Sequence record: OK905446.1
Reading direction: 5' to 3' (one strand)
DNA: 64,000 nucleotides
Shown here: positions 45,459 to 55,487 of the stretch, piece after piece
Numbering within the stretch: position 1 is the first letter of the stretch
Layout of the letters: every line of letters starts with the position of its first letter
Translations under genes and position numbers: made by a program
The notes under the pieces: model-generated
Database searches by the model: none
What the model saw: only the letters and a program-made list of their open reading frames with translations
What the model was told of the DNA's origin: nothing

Positions 45459-46367
45459 TTACTGACGGAATAAACAGCTTCCGTTAGTGTGCGAGACAGA
45501 TTTACTACCTAGTGCTTCGGGTAATAGCTCTTCGTGCGTTGCACGTGCAGGGCAGATATTCCAACCACCGCGACGTGTGTATAGTGCAGTTACCATCAGT
45601 TCAGTTGGGTTGAACTTATCAAGTAACGCTTTGTAAATCATTTCGACACATTCTTCATGGAAATGATTCTCTTTGCGAAAAGACACGATGTATTGCATTA
45701 AGCTATCAACAGTCGGGGTCTTCTCGCCGTTCATGTACACGTACAAATCACCGAAGTCTGGTTGATGAGTAACGCGACAGTTCGAACGCAGATTGGGTGT
45801 GAACACTTTCAAACGCTTGATGTGTGATTCTTGCAGCAAATCAGTATCAGCACCGCTTTCAGAGTCGAAAACAGTCTCTTCAGACACGTATTTGTCAAGC
45901 TCTGCAAAGCCAGTCATGCCATGCGGTTGAGTTAGTTTTTCAGTGAAGAAGCTCACTTGAACTGGTGCACCAATGATGCTCGATAGATCGCGTGCTGCAA
46001 TAACTTCGATTGCTCGTGCTACTTCAGCGCGATTGTCACCGATTTTAGCCATGTTGAAGCTGTTCCAGTACAGTTTCATCGACTTACTTTCAACGATGTT
46101 CGGTGAATCACTTGGATACACAACTTTCGCCATACCAGATACTGGTAGACCTTGTTCAGTCAATGATGAAACTTCAAAGCCGTGCCACGTATCAAAGCCA
46201 GCAAAGTCGCTGTTAGTGATGCCGTAATCAGTTCGGTTTAACTCACGCGGGATTGGTACGAGTAAGTCAGGTCTAATGCTTACAATGTTGACGAAATCAC
46301 TGTAATCGCCTGCTTTTTTACCTAAGTGTTCAGCAGCAATAGCTGAAACTTGATCATAATTGCTCAT
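45459..46367 (-). CDS. queF: NADPH-dependent preQ0 reductase (bimodular type)
   Basis: IVESKSMKLYWNSFN, LRSNCRVTHQPDFG, FHEECVE, YTRRGG. Confidence 0.92.
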   Translation of the reverse strand: MSNYDQVSAIAAEHLGKKAGDYSDFVNIVSIRPDLLVPIPRELNRTDYGITNSDFAGFDTWHGFEVSSLTEQGLPVSGMAKVVYPSDSPNIVESKSMKLYWNSFNMAKIGDNRAEVARAIEVIAARDLSSIIGAPVQVSFFTEKLTQPHGMTGFAELDKYVSEETVFDSESGADTDLLQESHIKRLKVFTPNLRSNCRVTHQPDFGDLYVYMNGEKTPTVDSLMQYIVSFRKENHFHEECVEMIYKALLDKFNPTELMVTALYTRRGGWNICPARATHEELLPEALGSKSVSHTNGSCLFRQ

Positions 46368-46380
46368 GTATACCTCATAA

Positions 46381-46400
46381 AGAGCGCCCGAAGGCGCTAT
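46381..46400 (-). terminator. UUCG stem-loop
   Basis: AGCGCC-TTCG-GGCGCT. Confidence 0.55.
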
Positions 46401-47809
46401 TCTTGTTCTTTGAAAGCTGGGAATTCAGCAGTTGTACCGCGACGGATGCGCATAGACGGCAGTCTGTCAACGTAGCTACTGTGCCAACGATCATACGCTT
46501 CGACAGTGTTCACGTCTAACAGCTTATCAAGAACGTCAAGACGACGAATCGCTGACCACTTCTTGAAACCCTCTTGCGGCTCTTTCTTCTCGACTGCACC
46601 ACCGAAGAACGCTGATAAGTCAGCAGCTTTTGGTGTGTTCAAGTCGAACGTCTCAGAGATAATCGCTTGAAAGTTGTTAACTTGAGATAAGATTATACAC
46701 AAATTACAAGCAACTTCAAACACAATATCTTCGTCTGTCATCGTTTCTTTGTCGAGTTCTTTCAGCCACAAGCGTGTTGCGAAATCTTTGAACTCTTCTT
46801 TGCCACGAGGTAACACAGCACCGAATCGACCCCATACTTCGTCGAGCATTTCATCAAGCTCACGAGAAGGCAATTTCTTACCATCTTTGAAGATACCGTG
46901 ACCTGAGATTTTCTTACGACGACCGAGCTTATCTGTGTATTCACGGTTGGTTAAACAACCCGTGTGCGTTGATGAGTCATAGCTAATATGAAATTCATCA
47001 CCGAAATAACCGCTTCTGATAAGAGCTACAGCAGGTAATAGACGTTTAACTGACCCAACACCAAGCATGTGAACTGATTTCTTCGCTTGTTCTGGTATGT
47101 TGAGCTTTGGGATAACGCTCATCATGTCGATTGATTCACGTACGCCATTACCAATACATGTATCGGCAGCAGCACAACCAGCAATGTACTCTTCAACACC
47201 ATCGAGTTGCGACATAATGCCGTCACTGAATGCTTTGAAGTCATCGTCTGAGTTGCCTTGTAAGATGATATACGGCTTGCACTTGCTTTCAGTTGCGATA
47301 TACGTCTCAATCTGTGCGCGAATGTTCTTGCCAGTCTTGACCCCGTACTTGTACGCTAGATCATACATGAAAACTTTATCTTTCGTGTTGATACGAGCCG
47401 CGCCGCCGCCTTTTGCTTCATTGTGCAGCGGGATTTCATCGAAGCACATACCAATATCACCAGACTCTGCTTGATTCTCGTAAACTGCCTTACGAAGCTC
47501 TGGTGTGTTGTCTAAACCCAAGTTGACAATCTGAAGACCGCCAGAATCGACGTGTACTTTGTACACAGAATCACCGAACAAATCATTAATTTGATGACCG
47601 ACTTTCTTCTCAGTATATGCGTTGTACAGCATACTGATTTTGTGAACACCATCTAGGTCTTGTGCTGCGTCTAGAATTTTACGCAGATAGGACGTGTCAA
47701 CCACGCCCATTAGTTTATGTGCTGCACCAAGACGAGCGTGACCCGTCGCAGACATAACGTATTCAATGATCAATGTGAACCTCGTCTTAAAAATTATAAA
47801 TATTAACAC
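46397..47809 (-). CDS. dpdA: TGT-fold guanine transglycosylase, probably DNA-acting DpdA(2)-like (true start probably 47773 or 47755)
   Basis: VDSGGLQ, FDEIP, ILQGN, HMLGVG, YDSS motifs; no CxCxxC zinc site of tRNA TGT; inside que cluster. Confidence 0.65.
   Translation of the reverse strand: MLIFIIFKTRFTLIIEYVMSATGHARLGAAHKLMGVVDTSYLRKILDAAQDLDGVHKISMLYNAYTEKKVGHQINDLFGDSVYKVHVDSGGLQIVNLGLDNTPELRKAVYENQAESGDIGMCFDEIPLHNEAKGGGAARINTKDKVFMYDLAYKYGVKTGKNIRAQIETYIATESKCKPYIILQGNSDDDFKAFSDGIMSQLDGVEEYIAGCAAADTCIGNGVRESIDMMSVIPKLNIPEQAKKSVHMLGVGSVKRLLPAVALIRSGYFGDEFHISYDSSTHTGCLTNREYTDKLGRRKKISGHGIFKDGKKLPSRELDEMLDEVWGRFGAVLPRGKEEFKDFATRLWLKELDKETMTDEDIVFEVACNLCIILSQVNNFQAIISETFDLNTPKAADLSAFFGGAVEKKEPQEGFKKWSAIRRLDVLDKLLDVNTVEAYDRWHSSYVDRLPSMRIRRGTTAEFPAFKEQE
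47795..47802 (+). promoter_or_regulatory. late promoter of HNH endonuclease
   Basis: Exact TATAAATA. Confidence 0.75.
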
Positions 47810-47835
47810 AGTAATGCTTATTTAAAGAGAGTACA

Positions 47836-48537
47836 ATGTTAACACACGACAATCTTATACTAAACAAATACACAAAATGGTACATTTCTCTAATCGAGAA
47901 TCGGATTAAAAACACACCCGACGGCTATAGCGAAAAACATCACATTTTACCTAAATGTGCGGGTGGTAGTGATGAATCACATAACCTAGTGCGCTTGACG
48001 GCTCGTGAGCATTATATAGCTCATTTGCTATTGGCTAAAATGTTCAATGGCAAATTGAAACATCGCCTGAAGTTTGCACTGACAGCATTCAATATGTCGA
48101 ACAGCTCACAGCAACGCGAGTTCAATATGAACTCTAGATTGTTTGAGTCGATGACAAAAGATGCCAGAAAAGATGCTGCAAAGCATCATATAGGTAAGTT
48201 TGCTGCGATATGCATTGCTACTGGTGAAACTGAATACATTCGAGTTGACGACGAACGCTACCTTCGCGGTGAATATGTTGCGAAGAGTAAAGGTGTTCTG
48301 AAGGGCACGACAAAAACTGAAGAACATAAGCGAAAGCTCGCTAAGTCTAAAGTCGGGAGTCAAAACCCGCAATCAAAGTATCTATTTCACACACCAAACG
48401 GGGTGTTTGAGTCGTCTCGATTAGCAGCCGAAGCTAATGATACCACTAATGTGACTGTGTATAACCGATGCGTAAAATACACATCGGCTAAGTTCAAAGA
48501 TTGGTACGTTACGCCTGTGAACGAGCAAGAGACATAA
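47836..48537 (+). mobile_element. free-standing HNH homing endonuclease
   Basis: EKHHILPK..GGSD...NLV.LT.REH..AH.LL; NUMOD3/NUMOD1-like C-terminus; inverted, overlapping the folE 3' end. Confidence 0.85.
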
Positions 48538-49183
48538 ATTCTGCTCGTGCTTCCGGTTCATTTCTAAAAGCACCTGAAAGATGACTTGTAACAGTACTTG
48601 AGTTGTTGTCTTCAACACCACGCGCTTTGACACAATAGTGTTTGCAGTCTAACATCACCGCTACGTCTTCAGTTTCAAGAATGAACTTCAGTGCTTCAGC
48701 GATTTGAACAGTCAGACGCTCTTGAATCTGCGGGCGTCGAGCGAAGTACTCAACGATTCGATTCATTTTAGAAAGACCAAGAACTTTGTTCTTCGGGATG
48801 TATGCAACAGTGGCAAACCCGTCGATTGTCACGATGTGATGTTCACATTGTGAAAGAACAGTAATGCCTTTTTCACAAACCATCTGATCGTAGTTCATTT
48901 TGTTGTCTACTGCCGTACATTTCGGGAACATATCTGGCGATAGACCGCTCATAAGCTCGTTTACCATCATCTTAGCCCAACGCTTTGGCGTATCGACTAA
49001 CGAATCGTCTGACAGGTCAAGACCAAGAGCTTGCATGATGTCAGTAAATCGATCTTCAAGAATCGCTTTCTTTTCATCATCAGTTAGACCGTTTTTAACA
49101 GTCGGCGTGTGCATTCCGATTTTGCGAAGATGCGCTTCAACTTTTTGTCCTAGGATAGGATCTACTTTATTTTTGTCTAACAT
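48509..49183 (-). CDS. folE: GTP cyclohydrolase I
   Basis: DTPKRWAKM, SQCEHH, GLSKMNRIV..FARRPQIQERLT, HYCVKARG. Confidence 0.95.
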   Translation of the reverse strand: MLDKNKVDPILGQKVEAHLRKIGMHTPTVKNGLTDDEKKAILEDRFTDIMQALGLDLSDDSLVDTPKRWAKMMVNELMSGLSPDMFPKCTAVDNKMNYDQMVCEKGITVLSQCEHHIVTIDGFATVAYIPKNKVLGLSKMNRIVEYFARRPQIQERLTVQIAEALKFILETEDVAVMLDCKHYCVKARGVEDNNSSTVTSHLSGAFRNEPEARAEFMSLARSQA

Positions 49184-49250
49184 TCTATTTCCTCATTGAT
49201 AGAAAACAATAATAGCACGCCGAGACGTGCTACTAAACAATTATTGTTGA

Positions 49251-50177
49251 TTACTTATAGAGCAATGCTTTGTTGATTTTGATGTTAACTACTGAGCCTT
49301 TCGATAGACCCTCAGAAACCCACACACGTTGAACACCCATACGTTGGAATTCTTCTTCGTATGTCGTTGCAATGTAGTTTGCGAGATTTTCAACTGTAGT
49401 TTCAGTTGGTATCACGATCATGTTTTCGTGGCGCATGTAGAAATTGCCGCGCTGTGACTTGTACGACACTTCATCTTCTTTGCGAATGTTGTCTGACCAA
49501 GCAATATAACCGCTCATTTCTTTGGCGATGCGCTTCAGTACCTTGCGACCATTGCTATTCAAGTGCTTATCAACAGCAATGAACGAACGGTGACCGTGTG
49601 CGATATTCTGACACCCGTAAGAAGTGCTTGAACGCAGCCCGTGAGCGTAATTGAATTCGACGTGACTGTTTGCCCATGATGGTAAGTCAAACGACTCTGA
49701 AAGCTCTACAGCGACGTGTGTAACGGGATAACCTTGCTTGCGTAGCTGCTCAAGTAGCATATCTTCAAGATACTCAGCAACATATGACATGTACAGCGAA
49801 TCGCTAGGGATTCTGAAGTCTGTTTCAATCAGTTCGCTAGGTTTGATGACTTGATACCAGTCGTTTACCGTTGACGCTGCGTGGAAAACTGGCGTGTCTA
49901 CTTGCATTCGAAGACGATCTTCAACTTGAGACAACACCGCATCACTAAACCCATCAACGATAACTAGACGATGGTCGATAGCGAATTCAGAATCGTCTAC
50001 AAGATGCTTGATTGCTTTCTTACAGCCGCTGAAATCAATCACGACTTGTTCAGTTTCGTCAACTTCACCGGTAATCTCAGCACACAGATTGTAGCTGTTA
50101 CCATTAATTTCACCCATATCGTCAACCCATGCATGGTCGATACACGTGATATTGTTTAAAAACATTGTACTTTTCAT
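49251..50177 (-). CDS. queD: 6-carboxytetrahydropterin synthase (double-domain QueD-like)
   Basis: CIDHA, IDHRL, GCQNIAHGHRS, TTVENLA, EGLSKG. Confidence 0.8.
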   Translation of the reverse strand: MKSTMFLNNITCIDHAWVDDMGEINGNSYNLCAEITGEVDETEQVVIDFSGCKKAIKHLVDDSEFAIDHRLVIVDGFSDAVLSQVEDRLRMQVDTPVFHAASTVNDWYQVIKPSELIETDFRIPSDSLYMSYVAEYLEDMLLEQLRKQGYPVTHVAVELSESFDLPSWANSHVEFNYAHGLRSSTSYGCQNIAHGHRSFIAVDKHLNSNGRKVLKRIAKEMSGYIAWSDNIRKEDEVSYKSQRGNFYMRHENMIVIPTETTVENLANYIATTYEEEFQRMGVQRVWVSEGLSKGSVVNIKINKALLYK

Positions 50178-50231
50178 ATGTTTCTCTCTTGTTAAAGCTC
50201 TATTATAAGTCCGAATTACTTATATTAAACA

Positions 50232-50684
50232 TTATTCGTCTTCGAACGAAATAACTTTGACACCGCGATCACGTAGCCAATGCCACCAGTCGGGTTGTGA
50301 GCCACTGTAAATCGAACCAACAATGAGAATTTTGATACCAGCCGCTACAATCAGCTTGGCACAGTTGTGACATGGCGACGCTGTTACATACATCGTTGCG
50401 CCTTCAGTTGATATGCCAGCGCGGGCAGCGTAGCAAATCGCGTTTTGCTCGGCATGTATCTCGTGAATCTCTGACCATTGACGGTGCGTTAATTCACCGT
50501 AATCAGCAGTATCGCGACAATGAATCATACCAGACGGCGTGCCATTGTAACCATGAGAGATAATGCGATCATTCTTGACGATGACAGCACCTACTTGCTT
50601 CTGCTTGCAGGTGCTTTTCTTAGCAAATGACTTGGCGATGTCAAGATACACCAAGTCATAATAGCTTTTGTTCTTCGGGTACAT
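50232..50684 (-). CDS. cd: dCMP deaminase
   Basis: GYNGTPSG, HAEQNAI, PCHNC. Confidence 0.9.
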   Translation of the reverse strand: MYPKNKSYYDLVYLDIAKSFAKKSTCKQKQVGAVIVKNDRIISHGYNGTPSGMIHCRDTADYGELTHRQWSEIHEIHAEQNAICYAARAGISTEGATMYVTASPCHNCAKLIVAAGIKILIVGSIYSGSQPDWWHWLRDRGVKVISFEDE

Positions 50685-50998
50685 TACGCGAATAACGCTG
50701 CTTTAACCATTTCGTCGAACTTCGCATCAGCTTGCTTCAAGTACACTGGCGCATTGATTGTGTTGAAGTCAGCAAGTGCTAGAGAAGAAAGGTTGCGTAG
50801 GTGGAACACGCAGTTGCGAGTTTCGGCATACACTTTACCATCAATTACTTTGAAAGCTTCGATTGCAGCAGTCTTTGACTGCTCACCTTGCTCGTGACCG
50901 ATAGTCGAGTTGTAGAAACGACCTTCGATACGATTTGTTTCAACTAGAGCTTTAGTAGTTAGTTCGATTGCAGCAGTGAAGTTAACGATAGTAGTCAT
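50684..50998 (-). CDS. hypothetical protein
   Basis: ORF track; weakly similar to 51060-51359. Confidence 0.7.
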   Translation of the reverse strand: MTTIVNFTAAIELTTKALVETNRIEGRFYNSTIGHEQGEQSKTAAIEAFKVIDGKVYAETRNCVFHLRNLSSLALADFNTINAPVYLKQADAKFDEMVKAALFA

Positions 50999-51059
50999 AA
51001 TATATTTCTCTCAAAAAGTAATCAAAAATAGTAAATCAGTTTGTATTAAAGCAGTTTTT

Positions 51060-51359
51060 CTAGTTATTGTAAAGCGGAATATTGATACCGCGTTCGGCTG
51101 CTACGTGAACCATGTGCGTGATCTCGTCAAAAGACACGTTGGTTAGCTGATAGCGACTCTTGGAGTGTGTCACAGCATACACGATACCGCCGTTGATTTC
51201 AACGTACATTACGTTTGAAGTCACGATGTCACCCGGTTGGTTGAAGTGATTGTTGATGTGCTCACTTGCTTGACCAACTAGAGAATGCGTCTTGTAAACG
51301 TTGTACGGTACGTTAACGAACTCTTTCATGCTTAACTCAAGCTTAGATGTTACGTCCAT
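51060..51359 (-). CDS. hypothetical protein
   Basis: Start adjusted to MDVTSK after promoter motif. Confidence 0.7.
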   Translation of the reverse strand: MDVTSKLELSMKEFVNVPYNVYKTHSLVGQASEHINNHFNQPGDIVTSNVMYVEINGGIVYAVTHSKSRYQLTNVSFDEITHMVHVAAERGINIPLYNN

Positions 51360-51438
51360 TTCGTTTTCCTCTTTCGTTTCGATGTAGCTATAATAGGCGT
51401 TTTGAGTATTTGATGCAACCACTTTTGCTATAAAAACG

Positions 51439-51464
51439 AAAAAAGGTAGCCGAAGCTACCTTTT
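51439..51464 (-). terminator. rho-independent terminator (UUCG)
   Basis: AAAAGGTAGC-TTCG-GCTACCTTTTTT. Confidence 0.85.
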
Positions 51465-51466
51465 CA

Positions 51467-52306
51467 TTAAAGACCAAGACGATCTAGCGTGCCTTGACTC
51501 AGAGTTGAATCGCTTTGCATTTCAAGATCGCGAACACTCTTCCAAATAGTGATTTCGGTATCATGAACGATCCAAATCTTGCCTGCGATAACCGCAATTT
51601 TCTGCATATCATCATACCAAGTCTCGTCTTCTTCTTCATAATGCCATTCTAAATCGTAGAAAGCATCATACCAAGCGTCTGACATGCGAATCGGACCCGA
51701 TGTTAGATTGACTTTACCATTGACGATTTTCAGTCTGTGGAAGTTATTAAGAAGCCAATCACCATTCCCCTCTGTGGCTTTGACAATAGCAGCGTCGTTG
51801 ACCTCATACAGATCAAGCATTTCAGTGCCCCATGCAGTATCGTAACCAGTAGGGCTTTCGACTGTCTGATCTCGGTCTAATACGAATGAATCACCATACA
51901 TCTTCATCTTGAACCCAATTTCTTTACTGAAACGCTCTGCCATGCGCTTGTATAGTCGAGTTCTCTTACGCGCATCGGATGAATTTGAGTCTTGGAATGC
52001 GCTGAATTTGATACGGTCAATAGTTCGAATCTGCATTTCACGCTTGATTTCAGAAATAACCGTTGCAAAAACAGTCATTGCGTCTTTCGGGTCGCCTTTT
52101 GCTAGATTGTAGAAGTAAGATGACGCGCCTGGCGGTTTTATCATGAAGTCTACTGATAATGAGTTGTTGCTATCATCAAAATACAACCCGATCATGTATT
52201 CAGTTTGACCAATCATGAAGTAACTCTGATTCCCGCGGCGATTGGTGATTGGCGCTGGGCGATCAAACGCTTCTGTAAGTTCGTTCTGGTATTCGCTAAA
52301 TTTCAT
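51467..52306 (-). CDS. putative virion-internal protein, N-domain paralogous to 58568-60007
   Basis: MKFSEYQNELTEA start; VFATV...FSA...R..LY motif. Confidence 0.55.
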   Translation of the reverse strand: MKFSEYQNELTEAFDRPAPITNRRGNQSYFMIGQTEYMIGLYFDDSNNSLSVDFMIKPPGASSYFYNLAKGDPKDAMTVFATVISEIKREMQIRTIDRIKFSAFQDSNSSDARKRTRLYKRMAERFSKEIGFKMKMYGDSFVLDRDQTVESPTGYDTAWGTEMLDLYEVNDAAIVKATEGNGDWLLNNFHRLKIVNGKVNLTSGPIRMSDAWYDAFYDLEWHYEEEDETWYDDMQKIAVIAGKIWIVHDTEITIWKSVRDLEMQSDSTLSQGTLDRLGL

Positions 52307-52596
52307 TCTAGAAATTCTCCGTCTGGTAAAGTATCTAGATCGACGTTACCATTTAATGGCAGATCATCGTCAAGACCAACTTCGATTGATTTAATATGAA
52401 GCTCAAGATCATCTATCGTCTGTTCTTCATAAAGATAATTGCTTTTGTAGTCGAAAAATGAGTAGCAATCTTCTGTGTATTGCACCTTCAAAACTGTTTC
52501 ATGCCCCGCATGAACATATAATACTGGATCGCCAAATGCGCTAATGTCAGTATATCCCATTCTCGTGTTGCTTAGTAATGCAATTGCTTCTCTCAT
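52303..52596 (-). CDS. acidic hypothetical protein
   Basis: ORF track. Confidence 0.65.
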   Translation of the reverse strand: MREAIALLSNTRMGYTDISAFGDPVLYVHAGHETVLKVQYTEDCYSFFDYKSNYLYEEQTIDDLELHIKSIEVGLDDDLPLNGNVDLDTLPDGEFLE

Positions 52597-52600
52597 AGAT

Positions 52601-52885
52601 TTAACCTATAAAATTGTTTAGTGGACTGCTCAATCTATCAAGTTCTTTGAGAATTACATCGCCATGGCATGCTTTTGGCTTACAATGACATCCGAGAATC
52701 TTTCCTTTTAGTTGCATAAATTGCTTTTTAAATTCGTCGTCTTGTAACTGAATGCGCAACCACTCTCGATAAAGCTCTATAACTTCGCTCCGAGTGCCGT
52801 CTATTCCAATTTTAAATGGATTTCCGTACGGGGTGCCGCGACCAATGTACACATCAAAAGAATGATGAGCAATATTGACTAACAT
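52601..52885 (-). CDS. DUF4326-family protein
   Basis: DVYIGRG..YGNPF...LGCHCKP.ACHGDV. Confidence 0.85.
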   Translation of the reverse strand: MLVNIAHHSFDVYIGRGTPYGNPFKIGIDGTRSEVIELYREWLRIQLQDDEFKKQFMQLKGKILGCHCKPKACHGDVILKELDRLSSPLNNFIG

Positions 52886-52926
52886 TATTTAGCATTCCTC
52901 AAACCGAAAAAAGCCGCATTAGCGGC

Positions 52927-53112
52927 TTATAGTGCGTCTTGTACGTAATCAATACCTAGCAAGAACGCTTCAATACAGTATTCGTTGTATGACTCGTAAA
53001 TCACTGTACCATTCTCAATAACTTGCCAGCGCGACTCGCTGTACTCGTTAATTGCTTCACCCGCAGTAAACCCACGTTTTTCAATCATTTCTTCAATTTC
53101 ATGGCGATACAC
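52927..53112 (-). CDS. small hypothetical protein
   Basis: ORF track. Confidence 0.6.
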   Translation of the reverse strand: MYRHEIEEMIEKRGFTAGEAINEYSESRWQVIENGTVIYESYNEYCIEAFLLGIDYVQDAL

Positions 53113-53265
53113 GTTTCACCTCCCAATCCCACAAGTCCCATTGATCTTTGAATGCAGTTGCAACGTCAACGGTCTCGAATGAGTCTGCTTTGTCTAAGTC
53201 AGGGGTGCAACAAATGTCACACCCAACCTGCACGATATAACCATCACTTGCGTGCTGAATTACGA

Positions 53266-53499
53266 TCATGCTTTCTTGTTCCAGCTAGAGTTCTTCAGCT
53301 TACCCCAGCCCATTAAAACAATTATAAGCAGGTAGAAGAAGATTACGCCAACGAATCCGAAAACTACTGCTAGTTGTTGCAAACGTGTTGCAGTAGACCA
53401 GAACAGCTTTGGCTTTGTGCATTTGTATCGAAGATTCGGCGGTAGTTCGCTCATGAAATACGCGCCTAGAAAGAACGATACAAGTAAGAAAATAATCAT
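53266..53499 (-). CDS. small membrane protein
   Basis: Hydrophobic segments; ATGA coupling. Confidence 0.6.
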   Translation of the reverse strand: MIIFLLVSFFLGAYFMSELPPNLRYKCTKPKLFWSTATRLQQLAVVFGFVGVIFFYLLIIVLMGWGKLKNSSWNKKA

Positions 53500-53777
53500 A
53501 GTTCAGTGCCCCATTCAGTAAAGTTACGACCAGTCCAGATATAGTCACGGTCGGTTAGTTCATCAATTGCTTTCTGAGTTGGTTCGAACTTGAAGATCTC
53601 ACCGATATACTCATAGCCGTGCTTCGACGTTTTGGCGATTTCTTGCATCTGCAAGCCCTTCGCTCGGACGTCTGCTTCGCTCTTCGCGATAATGTAACCA
53701 TCAGGGCGTGTGCCCCATCCCGGTTCAAACTCTGTCACGTGTGCTGCATAACAGATAATCTTTGTTTCAAAGCTCAT
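53496..53777 (-). CDS. hypothetical protein
   Basis: ORF track. Confidence 0.7.
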   Translation of the reverse strand: MSFETKIICYAAHVTEFEPGWGTRPDGYIIAKSEADVRAKGLQMQEIAKTSKHGYEYIGEIFKFEPTQKAIDELTDRDYIWTGRNFTEWGTEL

Positions 53778-54115
53778 AGTCCACGTACCTCTAGGTCGAA
53801 ATATTGTTTCTGCTCAACTACAACTTTGTTAATGGTCGGCAATGCAGCGTCGATCAAGAACGCATTCATGTATGCAATCATACCGTCTATTGTGTTGAAA
53901 CGAATCTTGTCTTCGTGTGCGCTCATTGCATAGCGATTCTTGACAAGAATTAGCTTACCATTTGCATCTTCGACTGCAATCATATTAGCCGAGTATATGC
54001 GCTGCAAACCAACATCTTTGAAGTGCATGATATTGATTTCAGAATCATCAACATCACATTTAACGGCAATTGCAGTTGTCGGGTCTTGATGATCTACTAG
54101 AATAATGTTTTTCAT
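53774..54115 (-). CDS. hypothetical protein
   Basis: ORF track. Confidence 0.7.
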   Translation of the reverse strand: MKNIILVDHQDPTTAIAVKCDVDDSEINIMHFKDVGLQRIYSANMIAVEDANGKLILVKNRYAMSAHEDKIRFNTIDGMIAYMNAFLIDAALPTINKVVVEQKQYFDLEVRGL

Positions 54116-54354
54116 TAAAATTCTCTCATTTTAGCGAATTTCTGCCAGAACTTTGTTTCTTCGACTCTGGCAATTATGAATAGAATCAAGAACACGACTG
54201 CTACAACAAGCGTACCCATGAATCCGTACAGCGCGACTAAGATCATCGGCATGTTGTACTTGCGATTATATGCTGCATACAGGCAAATGAAAATCGAGCC
54301 GATGTTTGCCATTACGAGTGAAAAAATGAACATGGCTAATACAAATTCATTCAT
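54115..54354 (-). CDS. small membrane protein
   Basis: Two TM segments. Confidence 0.7.
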   Translation of the reverse strand: MNEFVLAMFIFSLVMANIGSIFICLYAAYNRKYNMPMILVALYGFMGTLVVAVVFLILFIIARVEETKFWQKFAKMREF

Positions 54355-54358
54355 GAGA

Positions 54359-54751
54359 TTAACCCTCGTACTTGTACGTGTAATCAGGTGTAGGTCGAAT
54401 GAAGTCGCGACCGTCGCGCTGACCTGCTAGCCAGATTTCTTGAGCACAACACTCACAGTAATACGCACGCATTGCTGTATTGTAAGAGCTTGCACCTGGC
54501 TTTTGACACTGAGTTACGTTACAATCGCCACCTTTCTTGCCTTTACGCTCGTTGCGCTGTGCAAGTTCAATCATTGCTTCGTGGCGTTCGCGTGTACCTA
54601 GACGGTCGATTTCTTCGCGTTCGCGAAAACGATCCATGATTTCGACTTGCTTCTTAGCAGTTTCTTGCATCTTCGACCATTCTTTGTCGTAGTCACGTGG
54701 CTTTTCTTTCTTGACTTTGCGTAATTTACCGTTGATTACTTGATATGCCAT
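54359..54751 (-). CDS. basic protein with C-terminal zinc-binding motif
   Basis: CNVTQC...YYCECC. Confidence 0.7.
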   Translation of the reverse strand: MAYQVINGKLRKVKKEKPRDYDKEWSKMQETAKKQVEIMDRFREREEIDRLGTRERHEAMIELAQRNERKGKKGGDCNVTQCQKPGASSYNTAMRAYYCECCAQEIWLAGQRDGRDFIRPTPDYTYKYEG

Positions 54752-54753
54752 GA

Positions 54754-55449
54754 TTAAGCTCCGTATGCTTCAGATAGTTGTTGACGTTTCGCTTGGCGAC
54801 GTTTTTCTTCTTTCGCACGTTTCTTAGCGCGAATATCATTGATGCGAGAACTCACAACATTTTCAATTGCACAACAAAGTGATTCCTCTTCGTTAGAGTT
54901 AAACACGTTTGCAGGTGTCGCGAGTCGCAAACGTGATCCACTATGTCGAAAATCGTGAGATTTCACAACGAATTTCACGCCAGTATCTCGGTCAATCAGA
55001 ACAATTGAGTCGTTCGTATTGCTAATGACGAATTCGTAATTGATGTACTTTGCAACGTGAAAACGCTTCGGCTTGGTCAACATCTTTTCGATGATCGAAA
55101 GTGTTGGCTCTTCAACATCGTAGTCGTAATCAAGATAAGTCTTAGTCACGTAGTTTGCGTATTCAGCTTTGCGTTTAATGATTTCTTTCGCCACGCTCGA
55201 CCACGTGCCTTCGATTTTGTCATGATCGTCACGAATATCATGCGACCAATGAGAACGACCGTACTTGGTATCATGTCGTTTACTCACAAACATAACAAAG
55301 CGTTGTTTGCGTATATGCAGATTAGTTAGATAGTTGAGAACTGGCTTACCATCTGAACCTGTGATTTTAAATACGTCTAAGTTCACAGACGGCTTTTTAA
55401 GCTCATCATGGAAGATGTCGTATACAAATTTGCGTGCTGCGTGAGTCAT
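54754..55449 (-). CDS. early hypothetical protein
   Basis: Conserved GAGAGAATATTATG initiation region. Confidence 0.75.
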   Translation of the reverse strand: MTHAARKFVYDIFHDELKKPSVNLDVFKITGSDGKPVLNYLTNLHIRKQRFVMFVSKRHDTKYGRSHWSHDIRDDHDKIEGTWSSVAKEIIKRKAEYANYVTKTYLDYDYDVEEPTLSIIEKMLTKPKRFHVAKYINYEFVISNTNDSIVLIDRDTGVKFVVKSHDFRHSGSRLRLATPANVFNSNEEESLCCAIENVVSSRINDIRAKKRAKEEKRRQAKRQQLSEAYGA

Positions 55450-55487
55450 AATATTCTCTCTTTCGTGTCGATGAGAGAGATATTAAC

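Noticed and set aside
47765-47790. GAGGTTC upstream of the transglycosylase, resembling the start of a preQ1-I riboswitch
   Set aside because: No complementary CCCTC arm or A-rich tail; better explained as the SD for a TTG start.
47836-48537. HNH as part of a group I intron in folE or dpdA
   Set aside because: It is on the opposite strand and both flanking genes appear complete and uninterrupted.
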